A DNA stretch of 64,000 bases from positions 2,882,902-2,946,901 of the forward strand of contig CM082585.2 of NCBI GenBank assembly GCA_040954595.2, written 5' to 3'. Below, piece after piece: positions 29,101 to 41,100 of the stretch (position 1 is the first letter of the stretch; every line of letters begins with the position of its first letter). This stretch comes from Balanoglossus misakiensis (taxonomy: Eukaryota; Animalia; Hemichordata). Below the pieces are notes generated by a model. That model did not search any database and was not told the origin of the DNA. It saw only the letters and a list, made by a program, of their open reading frames with translations. Position numbers and translations under genes: made by a program.

Positions 29101-32100
29101 TACATGTAGCAGTATACAATGTACATTGATTTATCATTTGTATTATGTGGACTACCAGCTATTGCTCTTGGGCTACCAACTTTAGAAAATGGTAGCCCAC
29201 TGAGGCTACCAAGAAAAAAAACGAATTTCGAGCCCTGTATACCAATACCCACATACACTCTATCGGGTTCTGCTATTCGGATGTGATCATACCCACTCTT
29301 ATCGTCACACTTAAACTGGTAATCATTACCATCGAGGTATTTTGTGACCTCGAGTAATTTATCAAGCGAAAAGGGGATGTCTGAAATCCACAGATTGAGA
29401 AAGCGCATGTCTATGCACAGTCGGGGTTTTGTGGGTTCAATCGTTATGGGCATAACAATGCGAGGGGGTGGATCACATCCAACTTTTCCAAATCTAGATA
29501 TAGCCCCAGACTGTAATCTGTCCCCCAAGGTCTTGGCAATAAACTCGCCAAATTGGCTACATTGGGGGTTGTTGTAAAATGCTTGACAAGGGGGTGCGAC
29601 ATGGTCATAATCTCGGGTCTTAAATTGTCCTTTAAAATGTTGCATGAATCGTGAAATGTACACTCCATTAATTATCCAGTCCATGATCACATCACGGTCA
29701 AGTAAACACCGGATGATATCTTGCCAGAATTCTACATGGTTATGAAGTTCCCCAGCCTGGAATTCATTGGGGTCTCGGTAAAATAAATCACTTGGCGAAG
29801 CATATACTTTTCCCATAGCAACATCTTTGACACTTGGCAGCTCGACATATTCCACCTGCCTGGGAGCGCCCTCACATGTAACCCAAGAGTGATATTGTCG
29901 TACACAGGACTCCCGATTCACCTCGTACAGGTATTCCCACTCGGGGGTGTGAAACTGCAAGAGAACACAAAGGGAATGTAACACTAGTAGGGTTACATGA
30001 GGGCGCCCCCAGACAGGACCTGCATATGCAGGGTGCTGAAACAGCAAAGGGCTTCTTGAGGTAGCCCCCCTGCCCAGGGGATAATGAAAAGGCCAGACAC
30101 AATATAGATTATATTACGTTTTATTACATTTCAAGCATCAAGCCAAATTGTATACATCATTCTTTCTTTTTGTCACAACTTCTAGCGAAGTGACCTGGTA
30201 ATCCACAAACATAACACTTTCCATCTCTATTTCCACGGTACTGATCACCCCCTCTCCATCTTGGGCGATTATAGGGCGCAGGACGGCTCTTTGCATGCTG
30301 CATAAATTTGTTAACCTTGGATGCGATTTCTGCTTCCTCTTTGTTGCCTAGCAACAGTACTATCAGTCGCCCAGCCTCATCTCCAAAGTCATTGGATTCA
30401 AACTGTGACAGGACTGCCCTGTATCGATGCAACTTTGAGTGGCCAATAGACGTGGCGCGGTCGACCAATGCCCTCAACGCACTCAGCAACTGGCTGCGAG
30501 ATGTGACAGAGGGGTTATGTGCCAAATCCATCACTTTTTGCAATGCCTCGTCTACCGATGCCGTTCCACTGGACTGCACCATTTGTTCCATCTGTCTCTG
30601 TAACTCAGTAGGCTGTCGCTTCACCTAAAATATAGCAAGAACATTCTCATAATCATCTAACCAAAGACACTCTAGAACCAGTATGCAATATGCGCTGCCT
30701 TCACATCTATTTATACTACTAGGTATTACCCATAGCACACAAAGCCAGGTTATCGTAATAATCAAGCTGCACGCCCCACCCCGGGCCCCACCATATAATC
30801 GAGCTTCCACGTTTCTCGGTATAATCGGGCCTACACGCCCCACGACATAATCGGGCCTACACGCCCCACGACATAATCGGGCCTACACGCCCCTCTATAT
30901 AATCGGACCTACACGCCCCTCGATATAATCGGACCTACACGCCCCACGATATAATCGGGCCTACACGCCCCACGATATAATCGGGCCTACACGCCAACGA
31001 TATAATCGGGCCTACACGCCCACGCTATAATCGGGCCTACATGCCCCTCGATATAATCAATATAGTCAATACGATGAAGAATACACTATATAGCGACTGA
31101 CAATGTACACGTACATATATACATACATGGTTATGGGTAGAGACCCCGGGAAAGGCATGCAGAATGTGGGGAAGGCCATAGATGTTCATGCTACGTCAGT
31201 CTACATCATGCCGTGGGTGACAAGCGCGAACAATGGCCTAGGTGAAATGTAACAATAAAAACACACGCCCGACATCACGGGGATGAAATGAAGCAATGAA
31301 AGCACACCTTGCGTCACAACGGGAATGAATGGAGGCAATGAAGACATGCACGCAAAAACGCATGTAAAACACGAGATGAAATAAGCAATGTACGTGAAAC
31401 CACTAACAGATGAACGTAGTGATAGCACAACCGGGTGAAATGAACAATGTACGGCTGAATGGACATGAAAACACAAAGCGGTGAAATGAACAATGAAATG
31501 ATAGCACGCCCAAATGAAATGAGCAATGCACAGGAAACGGGTGCAACAGGTGTCAGAAAGTTACGCAATGAATGAATCGAGAAGGCAACAGACACTCGGC
31601 GTCTCAGTGCACATGCGGAAAACTATGAAATGAATAAAAAATGACGAACGCACAGCCGGATACACATATAAAACAAGAATTCACAACACGACGACAGAGA
31701 AAAAACAAGAAACACAAAACTATTTACCTCCGTTTCTCCGGCTACTGCAGCATTTTCTACATTCCCTTGCACACGGTCTAGGCCGTCGCGGTTTCCTCTT
31801 CTAGGTCTTGCACCTGTACCTGTGGTAGTGGGCGTTTGCTGGGTTGCTGTCTGCGATTCACCATGGGCTTCAATGTTACCTTGGGAAGTAGAAGGCCGAT
31901 GCGCTGCAACAAACGCTGCCGCAGCTACATTTGGCGTCACGGTGGTTGCAACCTGAGTTATTGTGGCTTCTGGCTGGGCGGGCTGATCGGTACCATTGGA
32001 TGCCATGCTCTCCTCTGCCGCTGCACCTGCTCTCGTGGTTGAAGTGTGGGAAGTGTGCTCTAGGTACCGAACGTACTATATATATGGTCCTAATGAATAT

Positions 32101-35100
32101 TCATTAGCTCATTAGCATATGCGGATTAATTATCGCGGTGTGATGCGGTTTTAAATAATTTTGGGGTCATTAGTCGCAGACTGAAAGTCATTGAGATATT
32201 ACGGTTTTCTTGTCATTTGCTTGAGGTTTGTTAGTCAGAGCCTATCGTCTGGGAATCTGCAGGTTTCGCTGCTTGCTGAATGTGTGCATATATTGCATCT
32301 AAACCATTTTTAGCAACCATGATCTGTCAAATTTTGGTCAATTCCATAGGTATCGCCCTGCAATTTGCAGCGGGCTGGTGATTTCAAGTGTTGTTGTCTT
32401 TTTCCGTGTTAATTTTTGTAAAATTTTCTTGTGGGTTTTTGGATTTGACACAGCGAGTAAGATAATTAAATGTCAGCTTTGTTAAAAGCTCAGCTCGCTG
32501 GATATTTTACGTGTTGGACACTTGTAATTTTTGTTTAACACCCGTAATTTTCTGGACACTCGAGAACGTTGTCAGCCATTTTGAATACTTAATGAGTGAT
32601 AATAGACACGCCCACTTTGCGCTCAGTCCGAAGACTGTCTTAAATAGAGACTTTCCCTGCATAATATACCAGAGCCTTCTTTTCCCCGAGTGGAAATTGA
32701 TGGCTCTGGTTCACGAGAATGAGACAATGCTGTTAACCAAATACCAGTGACACAAATAAAATGTTTGGCTATTTACTTTTGCCTATCAATGTATGAGGGT
32801 GTCTTGGAAGTATTGTCACTGTTAAACCATCATGTGGTTATTTTCTGCCTCCAGGTTGCTGCAGATAATGGTATCTACTGGTCAGTCAATCATGAGAGAT
32901 TCCATCAACACATCCGTGATCAGATTGTCATTGAAGCTGTAGCTGCAAGAGTAGATAAAGTGAGTCATCACTTGACATGTTCATCCCCATTTAGCTGTGG
33001 TTTAATCTGTCTGAGTAGTGAAAACAATATGAATTTTTCAACATTCAGAGATTATGGGGGTGGTGGGCATTTCAATCTCAGTGGGTTGTACCAGTCAGAT
33101 GTGATATGGTGACTACATGGCGAAAGTTATGATTTTATAAAAAAAATCTGTTTGGTACAAGAAATTCTTTTAGCATGTAACAAATTAAAATCATTTGATT
33201 ACCGCAAAAGCATTGATGTCAACTCGGATTAACATTTAATTACCGTGTTTTAATGTGTTATGTTATGAAAGTTCAAAAGTGTAAAAAAACTTGCTGTTGA
33301 CATCTGAAATAATGAACAATGTTGCAGTTTGGCTATAGATGTTGAGTAATGTTTGCCTCTGATTTCATGCATCAGTCAGATTATTGGAGTAAATCAATCA
33401 AATCGAATAAGAATAAGGTAACTACGAAAGTGAGAGGCCAAATGCTGCTTGATTCTTTGTTTTTGCTTTAATAAAAACAAACGGAAAATTGTAGTAACTA
33501 AAATAAGTGTAAAAGTAAGGTTCACTAAACGAATTGATCTTTAACCCCCCTCCCCATCACCTTAATGAATGAATGAAGGACATTTCATAATTATCATATA
33601 TGCAACGCCTGTATTTGGCACTTTCTATTGTTCTCGCATTGAAGATATACGGTATTTCATCGAGTGAAATATAACGTCCGTGTCTCGAAGTATTTTTGAG
33701 AACGGGCTGAAATCATCACACAGCATGACTCAGTGATCGGCGCGACAGTTCGCTGTGCGCGCGAACGACATACGGGGCATAGAACTCTAGTGGAGAGGGG
33801 TGTTGTAAAATTCGGTTATTAGAAGCTGTAATAAAGTTTTCAAAGCTGGCGGTTTTGCCATGTTGAATGTATCATTTTTACTTCTGCAGAATTCTCAATG
33901 AGAAATAATTGTTAACATGATATTTTGAAACAGAACGTACTGGACAATTTTATTTAGAATGGGGATGTGCCCATCGTAATGAAAGCTGCCAACCCCCTTA
34001 GAATAATACTACGGCCTACACATTGATCACCTGATCGCATCGCCCTGTCTCACTTGTCTATAGGCTGCTGCCATGATCCCAGGGGCCCGGTTCAAATTTC
34101 ATGTATGATAAAGGGGTTAATACGACACGTAATCTACCAAAATTCGTGTAATAACCCCTAAGTATCGTATCCGTGACAACGCCACAAGTGAGAAAATACA
34201 GCTAGAAGCAAGCCAAATATCATTTAAAAGCTGAATGTTTGTGTCTGTTCGACCTGCAAGCTGGAACCTTCAAAAGTGTATGAGGGGGGTGGTTAAACAA
34301 ACTTTGGTGATAAATCATGGCTGTTGACGGATTGATTGCACAAGCTTTACGAAGTACCTGTTGATTGACAAAAAACATTGCTAATTTCTAACAGGAGCGC
34401 AGATTATTTTGGAACTGCCATGAAACAGTTTTTTCGTGCGATTGTTTATTTTCAAAGGACAGATAGGCAGCCAACTGAAGGAAAATGCTAGAATGCTTAA
34501 ATGAATTAATTTCCCTTTCTTAAAGTGAACCGACACCTTCCTTGTAGAGAGATTCTAATAAAATCTTTGTGAAAAACATGAGTGATTTGCGTCGTTTTTA
34601 TTCACTTTCACTTATCGCGCAGCAGCGTAGCGTCGATCTCGATATGCAGTGTGACGTCACAAACTAGTCACCAGTAGCAGACGCCACCGTGCGCACGCTA
34701 ACGTACACAGACAGTTGACATGGCTGGCTGCCTCGCAAGTGGGAGCAAAAACAGAGTTGGCAAAAACACGGCGAAAGGTTTTATAAAAGTTCCCGACCCT
34801 TCGGTGGACAGTCAAAATGCAAATCGAGCTGAAAAATGGGTGTCAAACATTGGCATATTATTTCGGTGCTTATTGCTGAGACAGATGATACTTTTGCTTT
34901 GGAAATGTTCGTGTTCAACTAGGCCCTATATCGTGAAGCATATTGCAAAAAAAAAAAAAAACTACACAGCAAAAATTGTCGAAACAGCCGGGGCTCCTGA
35001 TTTCCTTTGATCACCATATGACGAAACCGAATTTTTGGCACTGTAAATCAAAACTCTGATCGGAAGAAAGTAGTGTGGCGGAAATAGGCCTACTTGTGAA

Positions 35101-38100
35101 CACTGTTTTTGTCGCGTACCCAAGCTGTGAATGCATCGCAAAACCATTTCTAGAGACAAAAACGACCACGCGATATGGAGTTTTCAAACGAAGATATCGT
35201 CGGATTTTTGTACGAACCCGAATACAGCAGCGATGAGATGGTAGGCGACTCAAGTGAAACTGATTCCAATAGTACAGAGGCAAGTGTAGACAGCAAAGAC
35301 GATCGAGAAGAGTGATCGGCTTCGTCTTCCATCACGCTCATGGTGTAGCTGCGCTGCGGTAAATGCGAAGTTATTTCTACTGTCAAGGAATGCCGGTGCT
35401 GCCATGAAATAGATTTCTTGACAAGGCCGTTAGATAAAGACTTGAACGACATATCACGAAGCCATGCGATAATTTTTGACATTTAGTCACCCATGTCATA
35501 ATAGGGACCCTCGTGATTTCCCAAAAGAATAGAAAGTAAACCTATTGACACTCTCGCGAAAATGTCTACCACACGCGTCTACCATCCTTTACGTTGATCA
35601 ACAGCTGTGAAAAGATGCGGCTTTGTTGATCAAAGGGAGGCAGAAACTCCGATTGTCATGTTTCGAGTACATCTGTGGTGCTTCCAGATGGTAGAGGTGG
35701 TCGTTTTTGTCTTTGGAAATGGTTTTGCGATGCATTCACAGCTTGGGTACGCGACAAACACAGTGTTCACTAGTAGGCCTATTTCCGCCACACTACTTTC
35801 TTCCGATCAGAGTTTTGATTTACAGTGCCAAAAATTCGGTTTCGTCATATGGTGATCAAAGGTAATCAGGAGCCCCGGCTGTTTCGACAATTTTTGCTGT
35901 GTAGTTTTTTTTTTGCGATATGCTTCACGATATAGGGCCTAGTTGAACACGAACATTTCCGAAGCAAAAGTATCATCTGTCTCAGCAATAAGCACCGAAA
36001 TAATATGCCAATGTTTGACACCCATTTTTCAGCTCGATTTGCATTTTGACTGTCCACCGAAGGGTCGGGAACTTTTATAAAACCTTTCGCCGTGTTTTTG
36101 CCAACTCTGTTTTTGCTCCCACTTGCGAGGCAGCCACCCATGTCAACTGTCTGTGTACGTTAGCGTGCGCACGGTGGCGTCTGCTACTGGTGACTAGTTT
36201 GTGACGTCACACTGCATATCGAGATCGACGCTACGCTGCTGCGCGATAAGTGAAAGTGAATAAAAACGACGCAAATCACTCATGTTTTTCACAAAGATTT
36301 TATTAGAATCTCTCTACAAGGAAGGTGTCGGTTCACTTTAACAAAAATATCCCCTACGAGTGTGAGAAATACGATCCCAGATCCTTGGGGGTGTGAGATT
36401 CTATTTTTCCCTTTTTACCAGAAATATCTCAGACAAAGACACTGATACATGTACTTGTTAACTGAATTCAATACTATATTTCCCAACAATGACATAGGCA
36501 ATTACATTTACGGTTGGTATTTGCACGACATATTTTGAGTATTTCAACATGCTCTCAGAATAAAATGAAATGCACGACAAATCACTGAAATCCAACAATT
36601 TAGTATTGTCCTTTATTGGGACAAAGTCTCTCTCTGGCTGTCCATTTTTCCACTTATTATGTTTGATACAAGACACCGTTTGTGATATTCTACATGTGGA
36701 TATATAGTGAATCAACGGTGGACCACACACACCTTCCATCCCACTTGTCGACAAATTTTGCTGTATACATTGTATTATGAGAGCCATTGATTTCTCTTCT
36801 TACACAATAGATTGCAGGGGAAGTTGTACGGACAATGCTACGCATCAGTGAAGTGACTACTGACCCAAAGGCCTTGCTCACAACACCAATGTCAAGCCAT
36901 GAAATCTATGCAGCTTTGCCCAAAGAACTCAAGTTTCCAAGGTCTACATTCGATCAGTATCTGAAGTTGCTTGCTGATGATCAGGTACTTGATTACTCTC
37001 GGTATAAATGTTGTATAAAAGCCTCTAATAGCTGCCTTTTTTCAATATTTTAATGATTTTATGAAACTAAAATTGTTCAAGTCTGCTCAAACACAGTGAA
37101 TCTGTGTTAATTTGAGTAGAACAAGAAACCACAGTTTACCAACTAGAGAAAAATTATGAAAAGCAGCCAAAAGCTATTGATTTTTTAATGGTAAGATGTT
37201 TCTATTTGATAGTGTGCAGTTTGTGTTTTATCATCTTGAATTCTGAAGTTGCAGTTTTCTGCCTATGATTTTAATTTTAATTTTCAGATGGAGATTGTCA
37301 ACAAATGTGGAGAGAGTGGTGGTGGAATGTACGCCATAAGTATCCTTTGTGATATCAGAAATAAAATGGTGGTGAAAAGTTGCTGTCTTTTTTACGCCTG
37401 GTGAAGTTTATAGCCCCATGAGCTGTTACTTTGTACAATATTTTTCATGATTTTACTTTCAACCTTAGATCATTTTACAGCTCCATCTATAGCTGTGACT
37501 GTCTGCTGTGTTTTCAGTTTGATGCTATATGTTTGATTTGTGTAGCTACTGCTAAACTGCAATTTCTTGTTCAAATTCCTGAAACATTATGAAATGCCCA
37601 ATATTCAGCCTATTAAGGTGGTATTGCATGAAAAATTGTCTTCCTACTTCCACAGTAAAACATAAAATGAATTGTGTAGTTCCTGACACGTACCCAGATA
37701 TTTATAAGGCAATCAAGGTATTATGCACTGCTCATGTGGAGTCTGTTGTACAAGAAAGATTTGGATCAAAATGTTTCAGGATCTTCAGATTGTTATTACT
37801 CAAAAAGCATTTGGAACAAAAACAGGTGAGAATAGCATTTTTGAAAAAAAATGAAATGGTGAGTATTTTGATACATGTAATATTATGAAGTACAGTCACT
37901 GTGAAAATTCCATTTCGGCTATTGCCCAAGCACTCACTTTAGTATGTTACAAAATTGTGGCTGCCTTAAATAGGTTTTCACTTTGTGCTAGGGGTTCAAA
38001 TCACATTGCATTCTGGTCGAAAAGTCGACAACCCACTGTAGTAAGAGATAGAAGAAATGATATGTTTACTGTATTTCATGACTTCCTTTGGTCAAACATG

Positions 38101-41100
38101 TCTGTCTTTGTAGTTACCATATTAAACTCATTAAACTTTTTTTCACATTTTGTTATTTTTTCTGTTAAAAAGTTTCAGAATGACCCACCATCACTTTAGC
38201 TTATGAACTCCTATTCTTCAAACATGGCAAGAATAGGCCATCTTGAAATTGTGTCGACCATGTGAGATTTTTATCACCAACCTAGGTAGCCAAAAACCTA
38301 TTTAAGGTCGAGAGAATTGTCATATGGCAGGTTTGCTGAAGTCCACAAGCTAAGAATATGATAATTTATTATACATCTAGTGCCGAGAACAATAGATTTT
38401 GGCGTGCAATAAAAAGCCGTACGGAACGGTACGTATGGAACGCGCGTTAAATAAGTTTTGAGTTTCAAGGCGCCCCAACTCACCGTGTACAGGTATGCGT
38501 TGTTATGCGGACGGTTTCAAGACACCCCTACTCCAATGCACGTAAACAAAAAAGAAAGATGGCTGCTCACTGAGTCAACTGAGCGGTTTTCGATCGATTG
38601 TATTGGCATTTTGAAAGCCAAGTAACATGCAACACAAGAACTAACGGAGATGTAAGATGTATAATAATAAGGTTATTACGAAAATACCGCAAAGTATGCA
38701 CTCGGACATTAGCGCAGCGCATCGCCCTCCGCTACGCGTCGGGCGATACTTGGCGCTAATGTCCTCGTGCATACGGTATTTTCGTAATAACCTCATATTA
38801 TTTATTTACAACTAAAATTGGATGATTTATGCACACTAAATTTGTATAAGAAAAAACTGGAAAAATTCACTATGAATTAGGATTGGCCTTTTCCTGAGAA
38901 GGGGCTCTTACATGAGAAATATGATAATTTCTGAACAGGAAATCCAGTAAATTTCTGAGAAGTGGAAATGCTAACAGACATCTCTTTGCTGGTTGTGTGA
39001 TTGCTAACATGGAAATATTTTTGTCGCCTTTTTATGGCTATCATATTGTGTCTTTTACTGGTAATTGTCACAAACATTTTGAGATTTTGTGACACAAAGT
39101 CCAATCCCAGCATGGAGGTCTTAACTTTCTTGATTGAATGCAAACTTTTTTTTATTTGATGTTGAATTTTTGTTATCACATTCCATAGCTTTACATGTAG
39201 AATTTTGAGAAAACAGTATTACAATATTGTCATTTTCTTGAAATTTTCGCAACAGGTGCCAAAAAAGGAGTAGTACTAATTAATATAAAGAAAACACTAT
39301 GTCACCGCACTTTGATTTTCTGATAGAGCTCTACAGATATTTTCACCATAGGAAAACTATAGCATTTATAGCAGTGTGAGGAATGTGCTGACTTGGCATT
39401 TTCCACAGTCTTTGAGACCCCCTAGCAGAAAAAGCATATGAACACACTGTTTTCCGTCTATATTTGGTTTTTACATTCATTGAAAAGCAATATAAGGAAA
39501 ATGACAATATTCTAACGTGTCTGTGTCATCTATTATAATACACACAAATCATTGGTAGCAGTACTAATTAACCTACAAATGAGAAAAATGCAATGAGGAA
39601 GTACTGAAACATTTTGTACATTTTCTTCTTATTTGCCAGGTTGAGGAATTTGCCATGATACCAGCCAAAGAAGCAAAGGAACTTCTGTACAGCATGTTCT
39701 CAGAGCACATTGTGGCGCTGCAGGAAATCCCACGCACACCAGACCATGCCCCATCCAGAACCATTTATTTGTTTTCTGTCAATTTGAATGAAGTAAGCAG
39801 GATGCTGTTGGAAAGATGTTACAAAGCTCAGATGAATATGATAGCCAGGAGAGATCGTGACAATAATGAAAACAAGTAAGTAACAAAAATGGCGTCAAGG
39901 ACACTGTGGTCCCATTTGAGGATTACGCAGAAATAGGAATACACCAGAATAAAAATTACAGGTGACATTGCAAGCAGATATGATCTAATCATATAGAAAT
40001 ATGGAATGAAAAATAATTAACAAGGAACATGCCCAAAATACTGTCATTTGTCATGGCAGTCTTATAAGTGGTGCTAGAAAAATTTGTTTTTGACCAAAAT
40101 TGTCTGTACACAGACATATGGCAAGCAACTTCATTCAGTCAGCCCTGGAACAGACACACAGACACACACACTGACCTGCCACTGGTAATTAAAAAAATTA
40201 ATAGCTCGTGGTCTCTGTAACAGCTGGCCTATTAAAGTTATGTAAACATGTCTAAGTTGGGGGTAACAACTCCTTGTAAACCGTAACTTTCAAAACAACT
40301 GGACAATTGGTTTAGGAGAAGATTTGCTAACCAAAAAAAAAGAAACTTACAAAAAAAAAACTCGCCAAATATTGAATGTTTCTGATATCAGAATTGAATA
40401 AAAGTAGCACATATACATGTATGTGTTATGAAATTGTATCCTAAATTTCAAAGCAATCAGAGAAAAAAAATATAGTGAACTCAATTGTTTCCTCTGCACA
40501 GGCGTTATTTATACACATCTAGGTCATGCAGCAAGCGTTTCTGCAGACCCCAGAGAGATTAGTTTTCATCCCATTTTGTTGAAACACTGCATGTTTCCTG
40601 GTTGAAATTGATGCATTAATTAATGTCAGCCTCATCTCTGTCTGTCTCTCATTGTCACCAGGAGACTGCTTGAGAAATCCCAGCGAGTTGAAGCCATCAC
40701 TGCATCTCTGCAGAGCACCGGTGCTGATGCTGACGAAGCTGCAGAGGTTGAAGAGATGATAACACCACCAGAGAGAGCCCAGCTGAATAAACTCAAGAAT
40801 ACAGTCAACAAGTAAGTACAGCAGTCCACCATTGAATTGTTTCTGTCATGTTGTTTGGTGCTAATATGTTGTTCACATAGGGATCATTGAAACATTTCTG
40901 AAACGTCTCAGCTCAAATACTGGCATCAATTATAGTTCACAAATGGCAAAAGGTGTCTCTGAAACATTCTACAGTATGTGTCAGTGTGTGTACTGTTCGG
41001 TACAGATTTGTTTCTTTTCTGTGTGGATTTTATACTGTTCAGTATGGATCGGCTACTGTACGATACGGATTGGATGTGGTAGTAGTTTAGTACAGTTGGT

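Larger units (their letters stand above)
24158..32159 (-). mobile_element. tyrosine-recombinase retrotransposon (DIRS order, PAT-like, split direct repeats)
   Basis: Order on - strand: A1(32159-32030), gag, RT/RH/MT, YR, B1(24578-24501), A2(24502-24373), spacer, B2(24235-24158). A copies differ at 1 of 130 nt; the 78-nt B copies are identical. Confidence 0.95.

Noticed and set aside
29955-30070. Alternative RT start (TTG at 30047), extra acceptor at 30070, or a 42-nt mini-intron
   Set aside because: The 30070 acceptor is phase 2 relative to RT and incompatible with the leader donor; 42 nt is too short for a typical intron; the acceptor at 29955 is stronger. Not fully excluded.
33541-34296. 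Possible piggyBac-like element (TTAACC...GGTTAA)
   Set aside because: Terminal match is short and imperfect; boundaries cannot be supported.
34720-36141. Paired 96-aa and 91-aa ORFs as functional genes
   Set aside because: Degenerate THAP-like remnants duplicated in the inverted arms; they lack the complete C2CH motif in frame.
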